From: an uncultured bacterium
GTDB lineage: Bacteria > Auribacterota > Erginobacteria > Erginobacterales > Erginobacteraceae
Reading direction: 5' to 3'
Length of the DNA: 64,000 nucleotides
NCBI GenBank assembly: GCA_963822585.1
Contig: CAWGIE010000007.1
Coordinates: forward strand, 64,001 to 128,000
The notes beneath the pieces are model-generated. The model searched no databases. It was not told the origin of the DNA and saw only the letters and a program-made list of their open reading frames with translations. Numbering within the stretch: position 1 is the first letter of the stretch; each line of letters opens with the position of its first letter. Position numbers and translations under genes: made by a program. Below, piece by piece: positions 1 through 10,584 of the stretch.

Positions 1-164
1 TCGAGTTCATCCCGCCCCCGGGAGCGTACGGCATCCACGGCTCGAAGGTCGCGGAGGAGATCGGGACCGAGGCTTCCTTCGGCTGCGTCCGGGTCCTTCA
101 TCCCCAGGAAGAAGAGATCTACGACTTCGTAGTCCTCGGCTCCCCGATCGTGATCACGCCCTGA
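1..164 (+). CDS. L,D-transpeptidase (YkuD family), C-terminal fragment cut by window edge
   Basis: Frame from base 3 reads ...YGIHGSKVAEEIGTEASFGCVRV...PIVITP*, the HG...S.GC.R YkuD motif. Confidence 0.8.
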   Translation, partial: EFIPPPGAYGIHGSKVAEEIGTEASFGCVRVLHPQEEEIYDFVVLGSPIVITP

Positions 165-178
165 CACAACTTATTAAA

Positions 179-257
179 ACCACGAAGGACACGAAGTTCA
201 CGAAGGGCAAGTTTACTTTATCCGGTAAATCTTCGTGAACTTCGTGTCCTTCGTGGT
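179..257. repeat. Intergenic inverted repeat built from 9-mer CACGAAG units; related copies at 37302-37390, 43171-43255, 54808-54904
   Basis: accacgaaggacacgaagttcacgaag ... cttcgtgaacttcgtgtccttcgtggt. Confidence 0.8.
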
Positions 258-454
258 GAATTACCACATTGATTCCGGCCGGTACTGGCGCAGGGCTTCC
301 GGCGATACTCGTAATGCAGGGCTTCAGCCCTGACTGATACGAGCGGCCCGGAAGTTCCGCACTGCATAATTGTTTCGAAGATGCCCATTGCGATAGGAAT
401 GCTCTTTCCGGCCCGACTCCATTTATCAACGCCCGATTTTCCCGCTGCTCTCCC

Positions 455-2278
455 ATGATAACGGCACGGAATATAACCAAGCATTTCGGCGCCCAGGTCC
501 TTTTCGAGAACGCATCCTTCTCTCTCGGACCCGGCGAGCGTTTCGGTCTGGTGGGACGCAACGGCTCGGGTAAGACCACCCTCTTCATGATGATCACGGG
601 AGAAGAGTCCTGCGATACCGGAGAGATCGTCGCCCCGAAAGAATACCGGATCGGTCATCTGGACCAGACACTTCACTGGCAGGAGTCGACAATCCTGGAG
701 GAAGGCTGCCGGGGCCTCTCCCCGGAGGAGAAAGATGACACCTGGAAGGTGAAAAAGATCCTCTCCGGCCTCGGTTTTTCCGAAGACGACTTCACCAGAT
801 CCCCGGCTGAGTTTTCCGGGGGATACCAGATGAGAATCGCTCTCGCCCGGCTCCTGGTTTCCGGACCCGATCTCCTCCTGCTTGACGAGCCGACCAATTT
901 CCTCGACATCCTCTCCATCCGCTGGCTGACCGACTTTCTCCGTTCCTGGCCGGGCGAACTGATGATCGTCAGCCACGACCGGGCTTTCATGGATAACATC
1001 ATCACTCACACCATGGGGATCCACCGACAGGCAATCCGGATCATCGGCGGTTCCACGGAACGGTATTACCGGCAGATCCTGGCCGAGGAAGACGTACACG
1101 AACGGCGGCGGATCAACGACGAGAAGATCCGGAAAAAAGAAGAGGCGTTCATCAACCGGTTCCGAGCCAAAGCGCGCCGGGCCAGCCAGGTCCAGTCCCG
1201 GATAAAACGGCTGGAAAAAAGGGGACTGACCGACCGGCTGACATCCCTCGAGAACCTGGACTTCTCCTTCAACTATTCCCCCTGCCCCGGGAAAATCGTC
1301 CTGGCCGCCGACAGGATTTCCTTCAGCTATTCCGGCCGTCCTCCCTACCTGATCGATTCTTTCTCTTTCACCCTGGAAGCGGCCGACAAGATCGGCATTA
1401 TCGGACAGAACGGGAGCGGGAAAACGACCCTCTTGAGACTGCTGGCGGGGAAACTGACGCCGCTGGCCGGGGAGACCAAGAGGCACCCCCGGGCGGAGAC
1501 CGCCTGTTTCGACCCGGCCGCGGCCGGAGAACTGCACCCCGAACGTACCATCGAAGAGGAAATCCTCTCATCGCTTTCCGTGGGAGACCGGGGCCGGGCG
1601 CGCTCGATCTGCGGGGCGATGCTCTTCTCCCAGGACACCGCGCTGAAAAGAATCGCGGTTCTCTCCGGGGGAGAAAAATGCCGGGTCATGCTGGGTAAAG
1701 TCATCGGCGCCCCGGCCAACCTGCTCATGCTCGACGAACCGACCCATCACCTCGACATGGAGTCCTGCCGGGCCATGATCCTGGCCCTGAAGAGATTTGA
1801 AGGGGCCGCCGTCATCGTCTCCCATGATGAATATCTCCTGCGGGAGGTGGCGACGAAGCTGATCGTGCTCCAGGGAGGGGAGGTCCGGCTCTTTCTGGGA
1901 ACCTACGATGAATTCCTGGAACAGATCGGCTGGACGTCGGAAGAATCGCGAAAAAAAGACGAGCGGGCCGATAAGACGGTTACCAAGAAGGACCGGCGGA
2001 AGGCGAAGGCCGAACAAAGAAACCTCTATAACAAAACGGTCGGGCCGCTGAAGCGGGAGTCCGAACGATTGGAAAAACAGATCGCGGAGTTGGAAGCCGG
2101 GCACGCCCGGGCCATCCGGGAACTGATCGCCGCTTCGGAGAAACAGATCGTCCCGGAGATCAGGGACCGGGGGCGGGACCTGGCGGAATTGGAAGAAACG
2201 ATCAAGCAGTCGTACGACGATTACTGCCGGGTGCACGACGAATACGAAAAGAGGCTGTCCGAGATGGACGCGGACTGA
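455..2278 (+). CDS. ABC-F family ATPase
   Basis: Two NBDs (GRNGSGKT, FSGG, DEPTN; GQNGSGKT, LSGGE, DEPTH), linker, C-terminal coiled coil, no TM segments. Confidence 0.92.
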   Translation: MITARNITKHFGAQVLFENASFSLGPGERFGLVGRNGSGKTTLFMMITGEESCDTGEIVAPKEYRIGHLDQTLHWQESTILEEGCRGLSPEEKDDTWKVKKILSGLGFSEDDFTRSPAEFSGGYQMRIALARLLVSGPDLLLLDEPTNFLDILSIRWLTDFLRSWPGELMIVSHDRAFMDNIITHTMGIHRQAIRIIGGSTERYYRQILAEEDVHERRRINDEKIRKKEEAFINRFRAKARRASQVQSRIKRLEKRGLTDRLTSLENLDFSFNYSPCPGKIVLAADRISFSYSGRPPYLIDSFSFTLEAADKIGIIGQNGSGKTTLLRLLAGKLTPLAGETKRHPRAETACFDPAAAGELHPERTIEEEILSSLSVGDRGRARSICGAMLFSQDTALKRIAVLSGGEKCRVMLGKVIGAPANLLMLDEPTHHLDMESCRAMILALKRFEGAAVIVSHDEYLLREVATKLIVLQGGEVRLFLGTYDEFLEQIGWTSEESRKKDERADKTVTKKDRRKAKAEQRNLYNKTVGPLKRESERLEKQIAELEAGHARAIRELIAASEKQIVPEIRDRGRDLAELEETIKQSYDDYCRVHDEYEKRLSEMDAD

Positions 2279-2344
2279 CCGTCATCCGGCATTGCTCGTC
2301 CCTTTTCTCGCGGGCGGCTCCCCTGCCTCCGGCAACTCCGGATA

Positions 2345-2599
2345 TTACTCCGTGGGTGTCGGATCCTGCTTCTTTTTAAATATGTCGTTAACCAGCTTGT
2401 TCCTGCTTTCGATCGCCTTGTTCTCCTTCTGCTGAACCGCGCCGGCTTGATGTATGATCTCCATCCGCTCCGAGAGGGATTCGCGGGCCGGCTGTTCTTT
2501 CTTCTCCGGTTCCCGCAGCTGCTCTTTCTTCTCCGGTTCCCGGGAGCAGCCGGAGCACAGCAGAACACAACAGACAATGAAGAGTATCGCGTTTTTCAT
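2345..2599 (-). CDS. Small putative lipoprotein with tandem REPEKKEQ duplication
   Basis: Signal peptide ending LCSGC; 27-bp tandem repeat. Confidence 0.6.
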   Translation of the reverse strand: MKNAILFIVCCVLLCSGCSREPEKKEQLREPEKKEQPARESLSERMEIIHQAGAVQQKENKAIESRNKLVNDIFKKKQDPTPTE

Positions 2600-2667
2600 A
2601 TATACGTCTCCGGGTTATTGGTAATAGTGATAAGATTCCCGCGACCATTTTCGTCAAGCTTCAGGAT

Positions 2668-3135
2668 TTAGGTGGTTGGATATCGCAACACTCTCTCGAT
2701 CGGCGGCCGTTCTTTTGAAAGTTGAAGAATAAAAAACCGCAGAGGTTCCGGAAGGCGGCGGTATTGCCACTCCCGTTCGCCGGGCACGCCGGCGGCTTCG
2801 GCGGCTTTGACGCCATACCAGGCGGCGCCGATAGCGTGGCTGGGAACATGCGCGGTCGCCACCGCCTGACCGGCCGCGCGAGCGGCAAAACGCGCGGCGC
2901 TATCCTCTTCCGCTTCACGGGCGGCGGCATGCGCCGCCAGCGAATCTCTTCGTACGTCGGCCATCCTGAAGATACCGGTACGTACCCACATCCGACAGGC
3001 GTCAACGGCTTTTCGAGGACGATCGTCTTCCGGAAATCTTTCCTCGAAATATGAAAGCACATGCTCGGCGCAGTCAGCAGCCCACAATGCCAGTGCTTTC
3101 TGATCATGTTTACTGATTTTATGATTCATATCCAA
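2668..3135 (-). CDS. Imm5-like putative immunity protein
   Basis: ALWAADCAEHVL...DDRPRKA...AARAAGQAVATAHVPSHA pattern. Confidence 0.75.
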   Translation of the reverse strand: MDMNHKISKHDQKALALWAADCAEHVLSYFEERFPEDDRPRKAVDACRMWVRTGIFRMADVRRDSLAAHAAAREAEEDSAARFAARAAGQAVATAHVPSHAIGAAWYGVKAAEAAGVPGEREWQYRRLPEPLRFFILQLSKERPPIERVLRYPTT

Positions 3136-3153
3136 AAGGCCCCCGGCTGGGTC

Positions 3154-3645
3154 TCACCGGCCATTGACGGCCGCGGCTTCGCTGCTGTCAGTGGCAGGGT
3201 GCCGGCCTTTGTTCCGCGGCACTCTTTCCCATTGTCGAATTCCTCCCGGAACAATCTCGAAGAGAGGGTGGCATTGTGGGTCCGATATGTGACGTAAAGA
3301 AGCGAAATGCATCGGACTCCTCGTCTTCATCTTTGCCAGGAGACGTGACCATTCGTATAGTAGTTGTCCCCGTGTTTCGGGTATGAGCTTGTGCATTCTT
3401 CGTTTCTGGATTCTGTCAAAGTCAAAGCTGTAGCCACGTTGGCCCGATTCTTTAAATACGAACTCCAGGTATGTCGCAATGGCGGCGACTGGTGAACGCT
3501 GGGCGCGAAAACGGTCAAGCTGCGGGTGGTGCGTGTACCCCTTCGTTCTCCCCAGCAGCACGGCCTGGGCAAGGAGTCCCTCCCGCCAGAGGGCGACGAT
3601 GCCCTGTCTGTCCAAGTAACGAGGATGTACAGTCCAGAGTCTCAT
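3154..3645 (-). CDS. Pyrimidine dimer DNA glycosylase / endonuclease V-like protein
   Basis: N-terminus MRLWTVHPRYLD..G.VALWREGLLAQAVL.G.TKGY.HHPQL.RF. Confidence 0.8.
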   Translation of the reverse strand: MRLWTVHPRYLDRQGIVALWREGLLAQAVLLGRTKGYTHHPQLDRFRAQRSPVAAIATYLEFVFKESGQRGYSFDFDRIQKRRMHKLIPETRGQLLYEWSRLLAKMKTRSPMHFASLRHISDPQCHPLFEIVPGGIRQWERVPRNKGRHPATDSSEAAAVNGR

Positions 3646-3844
3646 TTCTTTTGTCCGCCGAACGGTATATTTTCGCTTAATAAAAAAGTTTATCCGAATA
3701 ACCCTTTGATGGCAAAAGAAATTGGAAATGGGAAGGAGCGCCTGGCGGATATAAACCGCCCGGTTATTTTTGAGGATAGCCGGGAACAGATATATCCATG
3801 GTCTGAAGCCGCGGGGGGCGGTCAGGGGGGGGTGCAGGAAGGGG

Positions 3845-4651
3845 TTATTGAGGTTGGTAATAGGAGAGAGCTTCCGGCATCATGTCCCGGATTTCGCGGA
3901 TGCGGTTCTCGGTGGCGGGGTGGGTGGAGAGGAACTCGATCGGCATGCTCTCGCCCTCGGCCATCATCCGTTCCCAGAAGGGGATCGCCTCCCTCGGGTC
4001 GTACCCGGCCTGGGCGGTCAGGATGAGGCCGATCCGGTCCGCCTCGTATTCCTGGGTCCGGCTGTAGGGGAGAAGGATGCCGACCTGCGAACCGAGACCA
4101 TAAGCCGTCATCCAGAGCGCCTGCGTCGTCTCCGGCTCGTCCCGCAAAGCCTCGGAGAGCCCCACCGCTCCCAGCTGATAAAGAAGCAGCTGGCTCACCC
4201 GCTCCCGGCCGTGGCCGGCCAGGGCATGGGCGACCTCATGCCCCATCACTACCGCCAGGCCGGTATCGTCGCTGGTTACGGGCAAAATTCCCGTATAGAC
4301 CGTGATCTTCCCCCCCGGCATGCACCAGGCGTTGACGGTCTTATCATCCTCGATCAAGGTGAACTCCCAGTCATAGTTGCTTATCTCGCCGGCATACCCC
4401 TGCTCCCGCATGAAGTCTTCCGCCGCGGCCGCGATTCGCCGGCCGACCCGTTCGACGGTAGCGACGGCTTCGCGGTCCCGGGACGGCTTTGATTCCGAAA
4501 GTACCTGCTGATAGGAGTTTCGGCTCATCTCCATGATCTGGCTGTCCGGCACCAGCGAGAGCTGAGAGCGGCCGGTGTAAGGGACCGTCGAACAACCAGT
4601 AAGCCCAATAAACAAAAGCGGAAAGATAAAGATATATTGCCGTTTTTTCAT
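3845..4651 (-). CDS. M48 family zinc metallopeptidase lipoprotein
   Basis: Lipobox LTGC, NAWCMPGG, HEVAH, EYEADRIG, FLSTHP. Confidence 0.92.
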   Translation of the reverse strand: MKKRQYIFIFPLLFIGLTGCSTVPYTGRSQLSLVPDSQIMEMSRNSYQQVLSESKPSRDREAVATVERVGRRIAAAAEDFMREQGYAGEISNYDWEFTLIEDDKTVNAWCMPGGKITVYTGILPVTSDDTGLAVVMGHEVAHALAGHGRERVSQLLLYQLGAVGLSEALRDEPETTQALWMTAYGLGSQVGILLPYSRTQEYEADRIGLILTAQAGYDPREAIPFWERMMAEGESMPIEFLSTHPATENRIREIRDMMPEALSYYQPQ

Positions 4652-4671
4652 CGTCAGTCTGTTGTATTTCG

Positions 4672-4848
4672 AAAATCACTAATCTCAAGCACCAAATAAC
4701 AAACAAATTACAAATACCAATAACGAAATTCCAAACTATCACTCCCGTGGTGATCTTTCCAGACAACGGATACTAAATTTTGTTTAGGATTTTTGAATTT
4801 CGGTCATTGGTGCTTATTTGGGACTTGGAATTTGTTATTTGTAATTTC
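4672..4848. repeat. Intergenic inverted repeat of ~7-mer AT-rich units; similar architecture at 48576-48729 and 58381-58461
   Basis: aagcaccaaataacaaacaaattacaaat ... ggtgcttatttggg...atttgttatttgtaattt. Confidence 0.65.
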
Positions 4849-4917
4849 CTGCCTTTGTCCGGTTAGTCAATAGACGAAGCACGCGAAAATATATTCAACC
4901 AACAGTTATGACGGGAA

Positions 4918-6360
4918 CTATTCTAAAGGCAGGAGGCGGGTGCTGATCTGGTGGACGCGGCGGGAGAAGAGGGTGAGGAGGACGATCTTGATATCCATCA
5001 GCAGCGACCAGTTCTCCAGGTAGTACATGTCATACTTGACCCGCATCTTGATCGAGGTGTCACCCCGGAGGCCGTTCACCTGGGCCCAGCCGGTAAGCCC
5101 GGACTTGACCAGGTGGCGGGACATGTAGCGGGGGATATACTCCTTGAACTGCTCCACGAAGACCGGCCGCTCCGGGCGAGGACCGACCAGGCTCATGTCC
5201 CCCCTGATCACGTTCCAGAGTTGGGGGAGTTCATCCAGGCTCAGCCGGCGGAGAAACCGGCCCAGGGGGGTAGCCCGGGGATCGTCTCTCCGGGGTAGAA
5301 CCGGCCCACTCTCTTTCTCGGCGTCGGCCGGCATCGTCCGCAGCTTGTAGAGAAGAAATGCTTCCCCGTTCTCCCCCATCCTCTCCTGCCGGAAGAGCAC
5401 CGGCCCTTTCGAGGAAAGCTTGATCGCCAGGGCGCAGACCAGGAGAATGGGAAAGGTGACGGCCATCCCCAGGGAGGCGCCGATCAGGTCGAACGTTCTC
5501 TTCACGAAGCGGTTCCAGGCCGAATGCAGCGGGAGCGCCCTCAGGCCGACCAGGGGAACGCCGTCCAGGTTCACCACCTCCACCTTGCTGGTCATGATGG
5601 AGAAAACGTCCGGGACCAGTTTCACGCTGAGCAGGTTCTTTTCGCAGAGGAGGATGATCTCCATGATCCGGGAGTGGGGTAGGTCGAGGCGGGTGATGAT
5701 GACCTCGTCAATCGGATGTTCCCGGATGACGTCTTCGAACTGCTCGACCGTCCCCAGGACAGGCAATCCGTTCCAGTCCTCGGCGAATGAAGCATCGTCG
5801 AAGCGCAAAACACCGACCACCTCGGCCCCCCAGCGGGGATTATCGGCAAAATTCTTGAGGACGCGGCGGGCCATCTCTCCCGCGCCCAGAAGAAGGATCG
5901 AGCGGAATTTCCGGTTCCGCTTCCAGATGCCGAGTTCCAGCTTGTCGATCACCCGCCGGGAAAACGTGACCAGGACGATGCTGAAGAGCCATCCCCAGGC
6001 CAGCAGCCTCCGGGAATAGGTAAAATCCTCCCGGTAAAGAAAGGTCAACGCCATCAGGCTGAAGAGGGCCACGGTAACGGCCTTGGTAATGGTGAAAAAA
6101 TGCCAGGATGAAGAAAAGTAGGTCTTCCGGCGATAGAGATGGAAGGCCTTGAAGACGATGAAAAACACCACCAGTGTCGCCGGGAAGGCTTTCAGGTACT
6201 CGGCCAGAGGGGGTACCCCCTTTGTCGGGGGGAAGATCCAGGTCAACGGGGAAAGAAAGCTGACCCAGAAGGCGAGAAGCATGCTCACGAAAAGAGTCAA
6301 TCCGTCCGTGACCAGGGAGATCAGGGTAAAGATAACGGTATGGCGCCGGATCTGCGACAT
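4918..6360 (-). CDS. Undecaprenyl-phosphate glucose phosphotransferase (WcaJ-like priming sugar transferase)
   Basis: N-terminal TM helices, KRTFD, KLRTM, DELPQLWNVIRGDMSLVGPRPE, GLTGWAQVNG. Confidence 0.9.
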   Translation of the reverse strand: MSQIRRHTVIFTLISLVTDGLTLFVSMLLAFWVSFLSPLTWIFPPTKGVPPLAEYLKAFPATLVVFFIVFKAFHLYRRKTYFSSSWHFFTITKAVTVALFSLMALTFLYREDFTYSRRLLAWGWLFSIVLVTFSRRVIDKLELGIWKRNRKFRSILLLGAGEMARRVLKNFADNPRWGAEVVGVLRFDDASFAEDWNGLPVLGTVEQFEDVIREHPIDEVIITRLDLPHSRIMEIILLCEKNLLSVKLVPDVFSIMTSKVEVVNLDGVPLVGLRALPLHSAWNRFVKRTFDLIGASLGMAVTFPILLVCALAIKLSSKGPVLFRQERMGENGEAFLLYKLRTMPADAEKESGPVLPRRDDPRATPLGRFLRRLSLDELPQLWNVIRGDMSLVGPRPERPVFVEQFKEYIPRYMSRHLVKSGLTGWAQVNGLRGDTSIKMRVKYDMYYLENWSLLMDIKIVLLTLFSRRVHQISTRLLPLE

Positions 6361-6501
6361 ATTTTTTTGCTCCGCAAAATAATAGTAACTATTTAACTGA
6401 AGTGATACCAGGATGGCAAAGTGATACAAAAGTCTTATTTATACAACGCCGGCATTTACTTCCCGGAAAGGCACTGTACTACAGTCGGGAATATATACCT
6501 C

Positions 6502-7638
6502 TTATTTTTTCTGCCTCCCCGAAGTTTTAACCGGGGAAGAAAAAATAACATCAATTTTTCGTTTAAATTCATTCTTGAACCTCTCCCGCCCGAAACGGAG
6601 GGCATGGGAGCGGATGGATTGGCTTGTAAATGCGGCTTCATTCTCCAGAAAAAGATTCACCGCCCTTGAGAGTGCCTCCTCGGTCTGCTCCGTGAAAAAT
6701 ATCCCGGTCGGCGCTTCTCCGTCACCGCCCGGCCACGGTACGGCGGTCTCCAGCAGACCCCCCTCGCCGAAGCCGATCACGGGCCGGCCGCAGGCCTGCG
6801 CCTCCAGGGGAACGATCCCGAAATCTTCCAGGCCGGGGAAGATAAGCGCCCGGCAATTCCGGTAACACTCCCGCAGGTCTTCATCGCTCAGCCAGCCCGT
6901 AAACTCGATGTTCGGCCCGGCGAGGCTTCGCAACTTCACTTCCTGGGGGCCGCTCCCGACGATCTTGAGCGGGAGCCCCAGGCGATTGAAAACGGCGATC
7001 GCCAGCTCCACCTTTTTATAGGGGACCAGGGCCGAGACGATCAAAAAAAAGTCCCCGGCACCCGATCCCGGATGAAAATAATCGGTATCCACCGGCGGAT
7101 AGATGATTTCAGCCTCCCTATTGTAGATACGGCGTATCCGCCCGGCAACATTTTTCGAGATGGCAAGGAAGCGGTGAACACGGGCCGAGGTGCGAACATC
7201 CCACCGGCGCAGGTAGGAGAAGAGCGGCCCGAGAAAGATTTTTTTCAGAATTCCGGCGCCGAAATAGTCCTCGTACAGGAACCAGACATACCTCATCGGG
7301 GTGAAGCAGTAGCAAACATTGACCGCGCCTACGGGCGCCCGGCACCCTTTGGCGACCGCGTGGCTGGTGCTGATGACGTGGTCGAACCCGGTCAGGTCGA
7401 ACCTCTCGATCGCCATTGGAAAGAGGGGCAGGTAGTTCCGGTAATACCGGCGCGCCAGCGGGAGGTTCTGGATAAAGGAGGTGTGGATCTTCATCCCCCG
7501 GATCCGGGGAGAGACCTTCTCCGGTTCGAGCAGAAGGGTAAAGATCTCGGCATCGGGATAGAGTTCGCAAAGCGCCTCCAGTACCCGTTCCCCTCCCCGC
7601 ATCCCGTTCAGCCAGTCGTGAACAAGAGCTACTTTCAT
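6502..7638 (-). CDS. Glycosyltransferase family 4
   Basis: MKVALVHDWLNGMRGGERVL; EDFGIVPLEAQACG; upstream ORF extension is a repeat. Confidence 0.9.
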   Translation of the reverse strand: MKVALVHDWLNGMRGGERVLEALCELYPDAEIFTLLLEPEKVSPRIRGMKIHTSFIQNLPLARRYYRNYLPLFPMAIERFDLTGFDHVISTSHAVAKGCRAPVGAVNVCYCFTPMRYVWFLYEDYFGAGILKKIFLGPLFSYLRRWDVRTSARVHRFLAISKNVAGRIRRIYNREAEIIYPPVDTDYFHPGSGAGDFFLIVSALVPYKKVELAIAVFNRLGLPLKIVGSGPQEVKLRSLAGPNIEFTGWLSDEDLRECYRNCRALIFPGLEDFGIVPLEAQACGRPVIGFGEGGLLETAVPWPGGDGEAPTGIFFTEQTEEALSRAVNLFLENEAAFTSQSIRSHALRFGRERFKNEFKRKIDVIFSSPVKTSGRQKK

Positions 7639-7694
7639 GGAATGTAATGTTCGCTTGCCCGCAGGATAGTTTGAAAACCATATCCGTTGCGGAC

Positions 7695-7777
7695 TGGAGT
7701 GATGGAGTACTGGAGTGCTGGAATGATGGAGGCCGGGCAATCCCAGTACTCCATTACTCCACCACTCCATTACTCCA
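7695..7777. repeat. Inverted repeat of 8-mer TGGAGTAA-type units; related copies at 9026-9120, 41557-41644, 56632-56716, 62539-62619
   Basis: tggagtgatggagtactggagtgctgg ... ccagtactccattactccaccactccattactcca. Confidence 0.85.
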
Positions 7778-7819
7778 TGTTGATTTATCTTATTATCTTG
7801 CCCCTCCCTGTTATGCCGA

Positions 7820-8980
7820 CTAAGCCATCAGACTCTCATACACCCCCCTCGTTTCCCGGGCGGTCTTCTCCCAGGAGAAGTCCCGGGACCGGGCCAGGCC
7901 TTTCTCGCGCAGTTCCTTCCGGAGCGGGGCCGAATCCCAGAGTTTCGTAATCGCCCCGGCAATCTCCTCTTCCCTTTCCGGATTGACGAGAAGGGCGGCC
8001 GTGCCGACAATCTCCGGGAGGCTGCCCCGGTCGGAGGTGATGACCGGGGTCCCGCAGGCCATCGCCTCCAGGGGGGGCAGGCCGAACCCCTCGTAGAATG
8101 AAGGGAGAATCAGGACCCGGGCCCCGTTATATAGGCGGATCAGTTCTTCCTCGTCGATACCATCCAGGAAAACCACCCGGGAATCGAGACCGAGAGACGC
8201 AACCGTTTCCACCGCTTCCGGGTAGCGGGGATCGGGGTGGCCGGCCAGCACCAGGCGGGGATCATCAGTCCTTCCCCGGCGGAAGGCGGCAAAGGCCCTG
8301 ATCAGCCCGGGAACGTTCTTGTAGGGATCGAACCTACCCACGTAAAGAAGGAAGGGGTTCGGAAAACCAAGCCTTTCCCCGCAGAAGCGCTTGACACCGT
8401 CTTCCGGAAGGGGTCGGTATTTCTCGTCGATCCCGTTATAGACAACCGCTATTTTTTCCGGCGCCACTCCCAGATCGGCGATCAGGTCATCCCGGGTATG
8501 CCCGGAGACGGTGATGATCCTGTTCGAGCGGCGGGCACAACGGGCGAGCACGAGACGAAACACCCGGTTGAAACGGGTCTTTTTCGCCCGGGGGGTAAAG
8601 TGCGGAAATTTGAGCGGGATCAGATCGTGGATGGTCGAGACGGCCCTGATCCCCCTGATGAAAAGGGGCAGAAAATAATTCGTGGAGTGGAATACGTCCA
8701 GCCCCATCTTCCGGATCAGGGAAGGCAGCCTTACCTGGCCGGCTGGGGAAAAGATCCCCCAGGGTACCGGTACCGGCCGCAGGTTGGGGTATCCTTCCCA
8801 GCGCCGGGCGTACCGTTCCATCACTTCCTGATCGCTGAAGAAGAGGAAGTAGCGATTCAGCCGGTCGATCTCTCCCAGGTGATGGATCAATTTTTCGGTG
8901 ACCCGGCCGACGCCGGAGATTTGCGGAAAAATCCAGCGGGCATCAATGCCGATGCGGAGCGAATTCATGATAAAATCCAC
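7820..8980 (-). CDS. Glycosyltransferase family 4
   Basis: RIGIDAR, TIHDLIP, EGFGLPPLEAMACG. Confidence 0.9.
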   Translation of the reverse strand: MDFIMNSLRIGIDARWIFPQISGVGRVTEKLIHHLGEIDRLNRYFLFFSDQEVMERYARRWEGYPNLRPVPVPWGIFSPAGQVRLPSLIRKMGLDVFHSTNYFLPLFIRGIRAVSTIHDLIPLKFPHFTPRAKKTRFNRVFRLVLARCARRSNRIITVSGHTRDDLIADLGVAPEKIAVVYNGIDEKYRPLPEDGVKRFCGERLGFPNPFLLYVGRFDPYKNVPGLIRAFAAFRRGRTDDPRLVLAGHPDPRYPEAVETVASLGLDSRVVFLDGIDEEELIRLYNGARVLILPSFYEGFGLPPLEAMACGTPVITSDRGSLPEIVGTAALLVNPEREEEIAGAITKLWDSAPLRKELREKGLARSRDFSWEKTARETRGVYESLMA

Positions 8981-9185
8981 ATACTGTCAATCCATTCGTA
9001 TGCTTTTACCTATTCCCGCCAAAAAGGAATAATGGAGTGGTGGAGTACTGGAGTAATGGGTATACACGGCCGGACCTGCCGGCCGGCCGGGCTCCATCAT
9101 TCCACCACTCCATCACTCCATCAATTCATCACCCTGTTATTGTTATTCTCCATCCTTCTACAATCATATTCTTGATCGGAACCCC

Positions 9186-10337
9186 TCACCCCAGCACTCC
9201 CCCCAGACCGGCGGCATTCCGATACACTTCCATCGTCTTTTCGGCGGCGCGGACCCAGGTAAAATCCTTCGACTGCCTTTTCCCCTTCTCCCGCAACTCA
9301 TCGGCCAGTTCTTTTCTGGTTAAAAGGGCTTCGATCGCCCCCGACATATCCCGATGATCCAGCGGATCGAAGTAAAGAGCCGCGTCACCCAGCACCTCGG
9401 GAAGAGACCCCGTCCGGGATGCCGCCACCGGGATTCCGCTCGCCATCGCTTCCAGGGGAGGAAGTCCCTGGCCTTCGTAGAGGGACGGGAAAACAAAAGC
9501 GGAGGCTCCCCGGTAAATCGCCGGCAGCGCCGTGCGGGGTACGTACCCGATCGCCATCACCCCCCGCTGGCCGGCCTGGCTCCTGAACTGCTGCTCGATC
9601 TCCCCGCAGAGCCATCCCTTCATCCCCACCATCAGCAGCTTATATCCCCCCACCCGGTCGTTGGTGCGCAGGGCATGCCAGGTCTGGAGCAGCCGGACCA
9701 GGTTCTTCCGGGGTTCCCAGGTGCCGACGGTGAGAATATATTTTTCCGGCAGGTGGAACCGGTAGCGTATCCGGAGGAGTTCGTCATCGGTGATCGGCTC
9801 CCGGAAACTGTCATCGATGCCGCCGGGGATCACCGTTACCTTGTTCTCGGCGACCGGGTAAAGAGAGATCAGCTCGTCCCGGGTAAACTCGGAGATGACG
9901 ATGATCCGGTCGGAGCGCTCCAGGCTGCCGGGCAGGGCCGCTTCCAGATATTTTAAATTCTTGGGCTCAGTGAACTCCGGATAGCGTTTGAAGGAGAGGT
10001 CGTAGACGGTGGTTACCAGGGGTTTTCTTTTTACCGGCCGGGCGATGAAATCGGGGAAATGATACACGTCCATCCCCCGGACGAGCCAGTTGAGAGGGGG
10101 GAACCCGAGCCTTTTCCATCCCAGGCTTAAGAGCCGCCCCGGTATCTTTCTTCCCACGGGGGGCATCTTCCGGTAGACCCGGACCGGAAGATCGACGTGA
10201 CCGCGGGCGCTGAAATAAAAGGGGCAGATGCGCCCGGGATTGTCGAGGGAAGTCAGCCCGTCCAGCAGGCCCAGGGTATAGTAACCGACACCGGTCAGGG
10301 GCCGCGTCAGACACTGAATATCTATTCCGACTTTCAC
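9186..10337 (-). CDS. Glycosyltransferase family 4
   Basis: VGTWEPRKN, PSLYEGQGLPPLEAMASG. Confidence 0.9.
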   Translation of the reverse strand: MKVGIDIQCLTRPLTGVGYYTLGLLDGLTSLDNPGRICPFYFSARGHVDLPVRVYRKMPPVGRKIPGRLLSLGWKRLGFPPLNWLVRGMDVYHFPDFIARPVKRKPLVTTVYDLSFKRYPEFTEPKNLKYLEAALPGSLERSDRIIVISEFTRDELISLYPVAENKVTVIPGGIDDSFREPITDDELLRIRYRFHLPEKYILTVGTWEPRKNLVRLLQTWHALRTNDRVGGYKLLMVGMKGWLCGEIEQQFRSQAGQRGVMAIGYVPRTALPAIYRGASAFVFPSLYEGQGLPPLEAMASGIPVAASRTGSLPEVLGDAALYFDPLDHRDMSGAIEALLTRKELADELREKGKRQSKDFTWVRAAEKTMEVYRNAAGLGGVLG

Positions 10338-10539
10338 TATAAATTAGCTCCCGGAGTCTACCCCGATAAAATCGGGGGTCGCTAATTTATTTGAGCCCTC
10401 CGATTGATTCAATCGGAGGGCTATTAGTTAAACATAACTACTTCTTGGAGACAACATCGCCAAAAGTATTTCTCGCCACAACCAGCATACTATTCGCGGC
10501 GCGATGGTTATTCATAATATATTGGACGACAATCAATAC

Positions 10540-10584
10540 CCCGGATGATTCATGAAAATGTCCACCTTTCATGAATCATCCGGG
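10540..10584. repeat. 18-bp perfect inverted repeat
   Basis: cccggatgattcatgaaa N9 tttcatgaatcatccggg. Confidence 0.6.

Noticed and set aside
218..1537. Long antisense ORFs (also 13026-14186, 39895-40992, 56760-58217 and others)
   Set aside because: Shadow frames of well-supported high-GC genes on the opposite strand.
7639..7770. N-terminal extensions such as MEWWSNGVLG...HHSSTP (also 41607-41672 and 62413-62616)
   Set aside because: Translations of the 8-mer intergenic repeat, not protein.
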